Positions 1 through 11,790 of a DNA stretch of 64,000 nucleotides are shown here, in pieces (the stretch's first letter is position 1; each line of letters opens with the position of its first letter). Under the pieces are notes generated by a model, which was not told the DNA's origin, did not search any database, and saw nothing but the letters and a program-made list of their open reading frames with translations. Location: the NCBI RefSeq assembly GCF_001194135.2, contig NC_068981.1:58263136-58327135 (forward strand). The letters run 5' to 3'. The translations under genes were made by a program, and so were the position numbers. This stretch comes from Octopus bimaculoides. Lineage: Eukaryota.

Positions 1-27
1 GCTAACCATCTCCGTCTCTCTCATATA

Positions 28-370
28 TATTGGGTCATCCCATAAATAATGCGGTTTTTTACACTTCTTTTATTTTTCAAGATTAAGTTAAGCAAGGTTC
101 TTTTTTTACCTAAAAAACTCCTTTTTCTACAATGCTCTCCCATCTATCTGGTAGATTTGCAAGGCCCCTCTTCCAAAATTCACTTGTCTGTGATGAAAAA
201 TACTCCTCCAGTACTGTTCTGGCCTCATCTATAGAAATCATATTATTTCTGTCCAAATAATTTTGAAGACTGGGGAATAAATGATAATCAGATGGAGCAA
301 TGTCTGGTGAATACGGTGGGTGCAAATATGCAAAGCTTTTCTCAGGTTTAAAATGTGACATTGTTTTTGT
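28..370 (-). mobile_element. Tc1/mariner element 3' end: transposase C-terminus plus terminal inverted repeat
   Basis: The minus frame reads HPPYSPDIAPSDYHLFPSLQNYL...FWKRGLANLPDRWESIV, the mariner YSPDLAP motif region. It ends in TTGGGTCATCCCATAAATAATGCGG (30-54) next to a TA. Confidence 0.9.
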
Positions 371-615
371 TATATCTACATTCCACACACAAATACATAA
401 AAACAGAACACGCTCACACAAGAACAAACAAGCACACACACACACACATACACACAAGCACAAACATACACACACAAGAATGAGCACATGCATACACAGA
501 CGTATATCCATTTACTTCTTCTTCCACTTTGACACATCAAACAGAACAAGCACGCACAGACAGCTCCATGCCAAACTATCACTCATTGGTTGATGATTGA
601 AAATTAACCAATAAA

Positions 616-1310
616 ATGCAATTACCACACAAACAGCCATGGCCCCCTTATACTTTTATTCACAACCTAGGCATATATTGTCAGACACACAGTAGACTCG
701 ACTATAACATCCTGTTGTCGGTCACAGCGTGCCTGACAGATATCCATCTTTTTTTGCTACTTATCACTCATATATTACTCCGACTACTGACATCCATTCT
801 CTTGCTCACGTTACTTCATCACCCTAACCTCGCTTCTACCACACTCTTACCACTGTTATTCTATTTAATCTCCTTACCAACAACCAACATGTAGCTGTAT
901 ATAAATGACTTTCATTACTCCTTCCTCTATTAGCCACTTACTCCTATGACAGTTTCTCCCATTTTACTTGTTCTTCTATCACCCATTCACCGATTCTCTC
1001 TTCAATTCAATCTTGGATTCTCTCACTTTTATTAACTCTCTTAGTTTGTAAACTTCAACAAACAGAGATAGTATAGGGTCAAGAAGATTATTAGTTTCAC
1101 TGAAGACAAGCCAACTTCACTTGTGTTGGTATGATGATAAAATGTATCATGTACACTTTGCAAAATAATTACCATTAGGAAGGGCAGATAGCAATAGAAA
1201 TTATGCCAAAAAATGGAATGTATGGTAAGAGACTAGTAACTCTAAGAATTTACTCAGACCATGTTCACCTGTTCAATCCAAGTATGGAAAAATCATAATG
1301 ATGATGATGA
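616..1310 (+). mobile_element. Old non-autonomous element with a pyrimidine-rich body and a degenerate RTE-type 3' tail
   Basis: C/T-rich body, then GTACACTTTGCAAAA...CATTAGGAAGGGCA (a decayed RTE 3'UTR motif) and an ATGATGATGATGA tail. Similar by eye to 42560-43640 on the minus strand. Confidence 0.45.
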
Positions 1311-1744
1311 AAACTGATTTCTTCAAAGTAAGATGGATGAAGCAGTAAATTGGTAAGGAGAAGTAGGTATAATATTGGGCTACTTCATGTGTTTTCACTT
1401 CAGATCTACTGTGTTTAGTTAAGTATTTGAACATTACATTTATTTTACACACCTCAGTTTACCTAAACTGATGGAAATATTTATTAAATGTTCAGTAAAA
1501 TGTTCATTCAGTAAATTGACATCATATCCAGAGGAAAGTTTGTCTTTGATCTGTTTAACACATTTAGTAACTCCTCGGAATGGGTTGTGGTTAACCAATG
1601 TAATTTTATTGCCTTTCTAGTGTGCGTTTGGGAACTACTCAAGGGAAACATTTAACTATATTAATCTCACCAGTCCTGGCAGTGGGGGGGGCTATTTTAC
1701 CAGGTCAAACTAATACAAAGAAGTTCTGATTTGCTGGCTAAACT

Positions 1745-1950
1745 CATCATCATCATCATCATCATCACTTAACATCCGTTTTCCATGCTGGCATGGGCTG
1801 AACAGTTTGACTGGAGCTAGCAAGCCAGACAGCTGTACCAGAATCTATTATCTGCTTTGGCATATTTTCTATGGCTGGATGCCCTTCCTAATACTAACCA
1901 CTATACAGAATGTACAGAGTGCTTTTTATGTGGCACCAATACCAGTGGGG
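1745..1950 (-). mobile_element. RTE LINE 3'UTR/tail remnant
   Basis: (CAT)n followed by TTAACATCCGTTTTCCATGCTGGCATGGG, the reverse complement of the tail seen on the LINE copies at 29340-29420 and 45850-45950. Confidence 0.8.
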
Positions 1951-2189
1951 TTGCCAAGTAACATACAAGACAAAGACCCTTTGGTTGGGAGAGAGTGTGG
2001 TATTGAGGGAGGTGGCTTTGTTCTAGTGTGCTGGTTGAGAGATTAAACTGTTTGGTTTATATATATATCTGAGTGTAATCATGTTGTTTGAGTTAGAAGA
2101 CTACATCTACAAAAGATGGCACTGTATTTTGTTGGCTAACAAGACAAAGGGTAGAATTTATAACAGATATTAATGGTGCAGCTATAACT

Positions 2190-2800
2190 GTGTGGTAAGA
2201 AGCTTGCTTTGCAAGCTGCCAGAAATGTTAGCATGCCGGGCGAAATGCTTAGCAGTATTTCGTCTGCCACTACGTTCTGAGTTCAAATTCCACCGAAGTC
2301 AACTTCGCTTTTCATCCTTTCAGGGTCGATTAAATAAATACCAGTTACACACTGGGGTCGATATAATCGACTTAATCCGTTTGTCTGTCCTTGTTTGTCC
2401 CCTCTGTGTGTAGCCCCTTGTGGGCAGTAAAGAAATAAGAAGCTTGCTTTGCTTCTTAGTTACATGGTTCTGGGTTCAGTCCCACAGCATAGCACCTTGA
2501 GCAAGTGTCTTCCACAATCGCCTTAGACCGACCAAAGGCTTGAGTGGATTTGGTAGACAGAAACCGAAAGAAGCCTATCGTATGTGTGTATGTGTGTGTG
2601 TGTGTGTGTGTATTTATCCCCCACCACTGCTTCATAACTGGTGCTGGTGTGCTTACATCCCCATAACTTAGCAGTTCAGCAAAAGAGACCGAGGACTAAG
2701 TATCAGGCTTAAAAAAAGTATTGGGGTCAATTCATTTAACTAAAAGATTCTCCAAGGTGGTGCCCCAGCATGGCTGCAGACTAATGATTACATCAAGTAA
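2190..2800 (+). mobile_element. tRNA-derived SINE (family A) interrupted by a nested SINE
   Basis: GGTAAGAAGCTTGCTT...CATGGTTCTGGGTTCAGTCCCAC head, TG microsatellite and CAGCATGGC..CAG..TAATGA tail. The same family is at 37080, 43665 and 54803. Confidence 0.85.
2213..2435 (+). mobile_element. SINE (family B) inserted into family A, with a 17-bp TSD
   Basis: Flanked by the direct repeat TAAGAAGCTTGCTTTGC at 2196-2212 and 2436-2452. B-box-like GAGTTCAAATTCC. Confidence 0.85.
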
Positions 2801-5800
2801 AAGAAATAAAATTGATAACATTAATAGTTTGAAACCTGTTCCTTTATATCGTGTTTCATACCAATCTTCATTAACTAAGAGTTTATTGACTTTTTAGTTG
2901 CCAAAAGTTGACACATACCAATCATGAAGTTGCTAATTCCATCAAGGAACTTAAATATGATCTACACGCAGTTTAAAGTTTCTAAAACTGAGCTAAATAG
3001 GAAGATTCGGCAAAACAAATAAATGAATAGATAAAAACACATCAACAAACATAATAAACACAATTGTCATGCAAAAAATTGTTTGAATAGCACAAATGTC
3101 CAGTACTCCTTTGTTTCATAGCCATTATCAAAACCTCTCTTGGAAAATTTTCCACCAATAGCTTTGTTAGCTATGCAAGTAAAGTTAATTGGGAGTGTTG
3201 ATGTTTCAGACTACGTGACCTATCAGATGGCCTATTCAAATACTAGATTTTTATCTGTGGATTACAATCAACAAATTATACTGAAATTCAAACACATTTT
3301 ATCAACAATAGAGACCTCTTGAAATTACACTAAAAGCAATGACAAATATGTGTCAATGCATAATCAACCTGAAGCAAGAATCAATGATGCCTAAGAAAAC
3401 CGATAAGCCAGTTATATTTAAATGATAACAGAATAAACAAAAGTAGATCTTCTTCATCTACAAAAATCAAACAAACTGAACCAATTCGCCAAAATCATCT
3501 GCATACTGGCAGTGTGAAAAGTGGTATTTATAAAATTTTACCTGTGCAACAATTGCTAATAAAAGACAAGAGTATAATAATTTTCATTGCTTTAAAGGTC
3601 AACATGAATAAACAAAGTAACTAAGCACATCAGCAAAATACAAGACCACCAACAATTTAGTCAGAAATGCAGATGGATAAGGACTGTAGTATTTCAATAA
3701 TTCTTAATCATTTGAATAAGTAAGGATTCATGACACAAAACTATGCCTTAAACCCTTGTGGAAAGGGCTAAATTAAAGGATACAAAAGGATTATCTGAAA
3801 AGCTGTTAAGTTAGTCCTCCAAATTCAGTCTTTTATTGAGAAGCCAAAAAGAAAGTTTACAAATCACACCATAACAATCCTGGTATAAGTAAACATCAAT
3901 ATGTGATCTATGACAAACAATTCTCTACCAGAATAGGCTTTCTTGTCACAGAACATAAATAAACAATCCTCTTCTGTTTTTTTTTTTCCCTGCTTTCCCT
4001 GTTTCCTATTTATTTTGTTAGTTCTATATAATATTGCCAGAGGAACTATCATATCATATTTCTTCGTTAAGTTTTGAGTGAAACAAAACCTCAATTGGTA
4101 AAAATATCACACAAGTACTTTGGGATAAGTTTATAACCCTGAACTTCCAGGTTCAATCCCTGGAGAAGTAACATGGGAACACCTAATCAAATCAAAAGTA
4201 GAAACTATGTTTTCTCATAGCAATCAGCAGAAGTGATGCCAATACCCACGTTCATTTTGGCAAGTTGATGAATATTAATGTTTGGTTACAGCCAGCTGTT
4301 TGGGGAATTGCTCCTTTTGTAGAATATTATCTGATGTAATTTACAAAATACCAACTTTAGTTTAAAGGAAGGGTAATTTAATTTATTAAAAGATCAAACT
4401 AAAATAAGAAAGATTATTTTGAAACTATTCCTTTAATATCATTCTGTATGTTGAAAAGATATATTGCATAAATCATGAGATACTTTATTCTGGATGCGTC
4501 AATAATCTAAAAGATAACTGCAAATGTACAAAATCATTCTTGGTCTGTTTAAAGAGACAACACAAAAGCAAAAACAAATAGCATTGAAAGGGAATTATTT
4601 TCTCAACTGTAACAACTAAAAGTATCAATATGAACTACAATGATTCTAGGTCTCTCTTCTAGTCACTGGTTCAAAGAAATGCTCAGTTTCTGTCTATGTT
4701 CAGCTCTCTATTTCTGTTTTTCTGCTCATTAGCATCTGTTTGTACCATGCTGAATCTTGCTCTCAGAGAGAGAGACATCTTTTAGCTTCTGTATTTTTCA
4801 TTTCTGAAATTATCATTTTCTTATCTTTTTTCTTATTAAATCATTCACCATCAATCTATGAAAGAGGGATGGTATATTCCTCTCCAGTAACTTATAATAC
4901 AGATAAAAATCCCACTAGAATGGTTACTGAGCTTTTGGTTGATTGACTTTTAAGTTTGTTTTACTAAAAATTAAGTCACATGTAGCAAAGGAATATCATT
5001 ATTGCCTCCTCCATAATCACAATAGACACTAATTTATCTTTTCTGATGTCTGTGAACAAAGCAACTAAAATTTCTAAAAACGTTACTATATCTTCATCAA
5101 GGACGTCTATATTGCCTATCAGATACCTAAATAGAGGTATTAGATTATTCACATAAGATTGGATACTTATGAGGTTTTCCATCCACTTCCCTGCTAATAG
5201 TTAATACCTTCACTACTTTCTAGAATTATTACATAGGCAAAATAATTCCTATCTACAATACTTATTGTTTCTTTTTGATCAATTTAGGAGCTACATCTTT
5301 AATTTACACAATACATATGCCTACTTTTTTTTATATTTTTAATACCCTAGCTTCTTCATAAGTTGTTCAATCTAATTGCTGGCTTTTCATGAAACAATAA
5401 ATATGTTGTATAGTTTCATAAAAAATAAAATTGCTAAGTAATTAAAAGGTAATTTTAATTAAATAGACAGATGAATATTAATGGTTGATTAGATCATTAA
5501 TGGGATTTTAAATTTCTAAAATTTACATTAACATTTGCTGAAACTAAAAAAAAAGGATAAAAAGAAATAGAAGAATTTTGTATATATATATCTATATAAT
5601 ACGTTTAAATTTCTGTGAAATCAGATCAGTTAAAAGATCTATTCTAGACAGGATTTTTTTAATACTATCTTTAAAACGATCAACAATATTTATAACAATA
5701 AGTTATGCATTTACATTGGATCGCCTATATTTTTGCAATATTTTAGCTTTCAATTAATTTCTTTCTTAAATCGTTTACATTTTGTAACCAATATTTCTAA

Positions 5801-8710
5801 AAAAAAAAAAAACTGATAAGTTTAAAATCTTACATTTAACAACGTTAATCACTGATAAATATTAATTTAAAAAGATCATGTCTAACAATTTTAATATTTG
5901 TTTAAAAAAATTACACCGTGTTAAATTTAGTAATTTATCAAATCAGTTTATAAACAGCTGCTTTTGAAAATTAGATATTTCTAATATCAATTGTATGTAT
6001 ATAGTTGTAGCTTGGCTTCTGAATATTGATTCAAAAGGTTATGAATTTAATCATCAAAGTATTATGATCACGTGTTTTTCCTCAACTAACCAAATTAAAG
6101 AAATTATAAAGAACTACTACCTCTTGCAATTAGTATCAACAGAATGATGGTACTGATATATATATGGTTTGTATATGTGTGTGTCATCATAGACAGAATT
6201 TACTGAAACATTTTCAATGGTTGGATGTCCTTCCTGTCATATATTACTTAAATTTCATTTATGAGAAGGTAAATAGGTAAGTTGCCCAACCTTCACAGTA
6301 ATTGTAACAAATTGAAAGTTCATCAAGTTTGCAACTTATTTAATTCCTTGTTTTCAATGACCAGTTAGATATTTTTAAAATTTTAGATGAGGAAAAGTAA
6401 TAAAATATTGATAAGTGGCACTAGGGTAATGGAAGCCAAAAGAAAAAAGAATATTTAAAAACTTCAAATTACCAAGGAACATTAAAATATCTCACACAAT
6501 TAGTCTCATATTTTGTATTTCAATTCAATTTACACATGTTGATAAATCCAATATCTAACCATCATCAAATATTCTGAATGTAGACTGTCTCAGAGTGGAT
6601 TTAAATTCTGAGCATTTACTTCTAAAAAATGCACACTGTGTGCATGCATGAGAGTGATTTTCTTTACAAATAAAATTTCAAGTTCAAATTTAGCTAGGAA
6701 TATTTTATGTATTCAATACATCCAATGGTGTTTGGAAACCAAATTGTTCTAAACAAGAGGCAAATTGAAACACAAATACTGAGATGAAATACTCCAGGAA
6801 ACTGTATATCATAATTAGTCTCAGAAGTCAACTCAAGAAACATTGCCAGAGTAATACTTATGAGACTAAGAGAAGTCTGCACACACTCCATTTGCTCAAA
6901 ATAGCAAGTCAGATCTCTCTTGAATAAAAACTCTACTATCTCAAACAAGGAAGGCCACATTGAAAAACATTGTCCAAGATATACTGAAAAAAAAACAAAA
7001 ACCTAGGTGGTCATGGCTGAAATATTTCTAACTAGAGGTTTTGATCACTCAACTTTTACTTGGAACTAAACAACAAGAAAAGTAATATGCAATATGAACA
7101 GAGCTCATTGAGATTCTATATTCCCTCAAACTGAACTTCTAAAATATATGATACTATTTTGGTATATATGTTTGAAAAGATAATCAAAAGTGCTTCTTTC
7201 ACAAAGGTTAGTGACATTCTAATAAAGTATTTATAACTCTAAAAAACATTTTTTAAACCTTTTTTTTATACTTAATAAAACTGTATCAAGTAATTTTCAN
7301 NNNNNNNNNATATATAATATTGCTATTATGCAAAAGTGTCCTAAGCTCAAAACGTTGCTTTTTCAGGAAACAAAAAAATAGTTTCACCATTCCATAGCAA
7401 AACCGTTGTACTACACTTCGAAAATTTTTGATATCTTGGCATCTGAAGCAGCTGGGGATACAATAGTTTGATCAAAAGAACTGGCTATTGCAAGCGAAAC
7501 TAAGTACTGGAAAAATGCATTTGACCAAATTTGGACATACGACAGTTTAACATAATAGCAACGATATGTGTATACATACATACATACATACATACGCACA
7601 ACCTATGAACTATATACTTATCTCCAACAAACAACTGCACTGAATAAAACTATTGGAACCAATAACAACCATCTACAGAGAAAATGTTTTGTAAACCAGT
7701 TCCAAATTGTTAGGAATATCTTTCATAAATTTGAAGAGTATAAATGAATGCAAACTCTTTAAAAATTAAAATATCAACATTCAAAACACAGGTAAGATTG
7801 TCATTTTATATAAGAAAAAAAAAATTTCCCAAAACAAGTAACATCATCATCATTTGTCTAAATTCTAATAACACAAATTAATATTATGAACATCATTTTC
7901 TCACCTCAAGATATCTTAACATCTATTGCTTATACAGCCAATTATTCATCTGTTTCTTTTCAAGAGTCAATTATTGATTTGCTTGTTTTGAAGAGTCAAT
8001 TATTGATTTACTTGTTTCGAAGAGTTGTAATTGCTTGTTATGGAAAAATATTTTAAATTAGCCTCATAACAAGCATATCATATCTGTCTATCTATATGTC
8101 TATACATAAGTGTACAATTATCATCATTTAAATGTCTATTTTTCCCTACTTGGTAGGATCAGGTCAGATTAAAGTAAATGTTGAAGCTGAACAAGAAAAG
8201 TTTGACGAAGTCAAAATTTAGTTGTTTGAATTTTATAGATAAATATAGTGTGATAATAATGAAAAGAAATATTTCTTGGTAGACCAAACATATCCAACAC
8301 ATGTTAATGGAGATGCTACAGGTTTCAGGAAATTTCACTGGTGATGATGGTTAACATACAATACATTGATATTGAGACCATTTAGACTTGTTATGGGGCT
8401 AATTCATAGCATCTGACGTTAGAATTACATGTTCAAATTCAGGTACTTCTAACAAAACAGACACATTGTAAAGTCATTGTCTGATTATCTGAGCCAGACA
8501 AATGTAAACACATATACACACCAAAATAGCTTCAACATTATAGCTTGCATCTGTTGTAGCTGTTGATAGAATGATGGCCTGTTGACCTAAGGGTTAACAA
8601 TTTGTAGCCTACTAGCACTGCTATGGGTTAATCTTAGCTCATTTAGCAGTAAATAGCTGTGATAAGTAAGTATAGCTCATAACTCTTTGCAATAACTAAT
8701 TCTTTAACAT

Positions 8711-9139
8711 TTAATCCTTTAGCATTTAAACTGGCCATATCTGGTCCAAGTGTTCTCATTTTATGCTCAAACCAGCCAAATCCGGGTTTTCACATCTACC
8801 CTACGATGTCATTCTAAAAATAAACATCATCATCAAAATCTCAAAGCTACAAGATAATGCACAATTAATTTAAAACAATGTGAATGAATAAGTCTTATGC
8901 TGACAGAAAAATCTGAATGCTAAAGGGTTAAACCAGCCATATCCAGCCCAAATATTCTACTTGTCTTATGTTCAAATTGACCAGATCTGGTCTCTCACAT
9001 ATACTCTGCAATGTCATTAAAAAAATAAACAATCATATCATCGAATCTCAAAGCTAGGAAATAATGCAAGATTTATTCAAAACAAGGTGAATAAATAAGC
9101 ATTACATTTGACAGAGTATTCTGAATGCTAAAGAGTTAA
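8711..9139. mobile_element. piggyBac-type MITE, head-to-tail tandem pair
   Basis: TTAA-TCCTTTAGCATT...AATGCTAAAGGG-TTAA (8711-8931), followed by a second related unit ending AATGCTAAAGAG-TTAA (9139). TTAA flanks and CCC/GGG-type ends are piggyBac hallmarks. Confidence 0.8.
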
Positions 9140-10454
9140 ATCGCAGATGTTCTGATTAAGACAATGATTTTGGATCCAAATTTTTATCTTCACTTCTGAA
9201 ACCATATAATAGCTTTGCTAAGAGATTGAGGAAAATTGGTCTAATATTAAGCCATCAATGGTAAAATGATAAACACACTTAATCTTTGTTATAAATCATT
9301 CAAGAAGCCAAGTTATAAAGACAATTAATTGAATAAGAGAAAAAGTAATATTTATAAAATAAAGATTGAAGATGTCTAGTTATCTAATATTTAAAAGAGA
9401 AACAGATCACAGACACCAAAGAAATGTAAGTGCAATATTACAGAAGTTAGCTTGTGGAAAGATGGTTTATTGAAAGCCAATATAGTATGTTACAGAAAAA
9501 AGTGTTTTGCAAAATGAAAGGATTGAAGCATTGCAATAATATATTACAAGAGAAAGTTATTTTAATGATAATTACATTAATATAATTAATAGTAGTTGAT
9601 AGAATGTGCTACATCTGGGTAATCATATTGTGCAATCATTTCTTTAATAAGCATACCAAACAATTAAATCCAGCTAAATACCAATAATTGCCCAATGAGT
9701 CAAAGAAATAATGCATTAATTCATATATCTGAATATCTTGGTTGATAGACTGTAAAGTTCAAAAGTCACTTAATTATACAAACTGTTGTAGAATGGCCCC
9801 ACAGCAATATCTCGTAAATGAATTATATATATATATATATATATATATAATGCAAAAGTAAATGGCATATCCATTTGATAAATTGATGACCATACATTCT
9901 ACAAAGGTTTTTTTTTATTTTGTGTGTATCAATAGTGGTGAAAATCAATATCACTTGCTAAAAGTGTGTTGAAGAGAGAATAAACAGAACTTCCAATTAC
10001 ACTAAAATGCAAAGAAATAAAAGTGAAGTTCGAAATATATAAACAGACAATGCCAGAAATGGTCAAAATTCAATCTACATACCTTGATAACTAGAGAAAA
10101 AGAGAGAAAGAAAGAGAGAGAAAGAGACTGTACTCATAAAAAGAGAAGAAAAGAAAACTCTTACTTTAACCAACTTACCTCTGTTTATGCTATAATTACT
10201 TTATCAAAAAATAACCTTTGAAATTCATTAAGGGTGAAAGAGATGTAAAAAAAATTTTCCAGATTCAATCTATGTGTTGTTTACTTCTATTTTAGTTGAA
10301 AAAAAAATAAATAAAACCACCTTGTCATACATTAAAAGTTCATCTTTAGACATGAAATATGTATATATAGCTCTAATGCTGGAAGGACACAATAGTTGCT
10401 CTAAAAAGAAGCAATTACAGAAGTTTCAAACTGATGGATCAACTTACAAAAATA

Positions 10455-11790
10455 TAAGAGAAAAACTTTTAGCATAACTGATTAGAAAGAAAATTAGATG
10501 AGATGCAGTTTGGATTTGTGCTAAGCCAGAGTACCACTAATGCTCTTTTCCTAATGAGACAACTATAAGAGACGTTCTTAGCTATGAGTTAAGTCAGTAT
10601 ATCTAACATTCATTGACCTGTTGACAGGCTACCACACTCTGTAGTCTGGAGGCTACTGAGAAAATTAGGTATAGTTGATTAACTTGTGAGTGCAATGAAA
10701 GCCATGTACAGATATTGTGTCAACAAGGTGGGAGGGAGTAATGAGTTCAGCAAGGAATTTAGCATCAGGACTGAGTTCCTTCCAGTTTATAGTTCTCCAA
10801 GTCATAAAAGATAAGTTTACTCTTACATGTTGGTAACCTAGTACTCAGCTATATCTGTAGAATATTTAGAGAAAAAAGAATTCAAAATATGGAAACAAAG
10901 CCTAAAATCAAATGACTTCAAAATGTATCAAACAAGGACAAAAGTTTTAGTGAGCCAGTAGGAAAAACGGACAGACATCTACTGCCATCCAGGGAGTGGC
11001 CATGATTGGTATCCAGAAAAGGAGTTGGTAGGAATTTCATATGGTGTACTTAGTGTAAATTATAAGTAGGTGTACAATAGGTGTAGTGGGATTCAAGGCA
11101 GGCTGACTGAGAGAAGATTTTGTATGTTACAGATACAGAAGAGTAATTAGCAGTAAGGACAGCTGTGAAATAAAATTCAAATGTTCAAATGTTTCATAGA
11201 AGTACTTTTTTTTGTTTTTTTGCTTAAATGACTTAATTAGTAGTGGAGGTAGTTGTGCTTAAATCTGAGCAGCTAGAGTCAGAACAAGCTGGAAAAGCTC
11301 AAGGATCTACACCACTGCTGAAAAGGAAAAGTGGGTTGTGTAATGCTTGCATATGAAGTATGATGTTGCATGGTAGGAAAACATGGATATTGTATGTGAA
11401 AGATGAGTGAAATATACAAAGCCAGAGTGAAGTGATACATATATGATCAGCTGGATATGTAATGTTAACATACATGAATGACAAATCACAAATGAGTTGA
11501 TAGAAAAACTGGGTATAAGAAAAAATGTAATATAGGGCACAAGAAAGAAAACTATGCTGGTACAGACTATGATGCATGTGAAAGGTAACAGTTGAGTAAA
11601 TAATTATGAAGAGATCCATGTGGAAGGAATCTGCAGAAGAGAAGACCAAGGCCTGGACAAAAGTTGTGAAAGCTCTACCTCAGAAAAGTGACAAGTAACT
11701 GTGATATATGGAGAGTCACCGTGCTGGAGAAACTCCACCCAACTTATGCAAACTTAGAAATACAGGTATAAAAATTATGATTATGAAGAC
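10455..11790 (+). mobile_element. Highly degraded RTE LINE (RT domain to 3' end)
   Basis: TTAGATGAGATGCAGTTTGGATTTGTG (LDEMQFGF), a CCACTAATGCTCTTTTCCTAATGAGAC block, and C-terminal sequence resembling the better copies. Many stops and frameshifts. Confidence 0.8.

Noticed and set aside
1098-1135. CTGAAGA-CAAG...CTTG as a hammerhead
   Set aside because: The required GAAA does not follow the putative stem II.
7945-8030. Minus-strand exon ending at AG|GTGAGA near 7903
   Set aside because: It contains a 29-bp tandem duplication and stops in all frames I read. At most it is non-coding.
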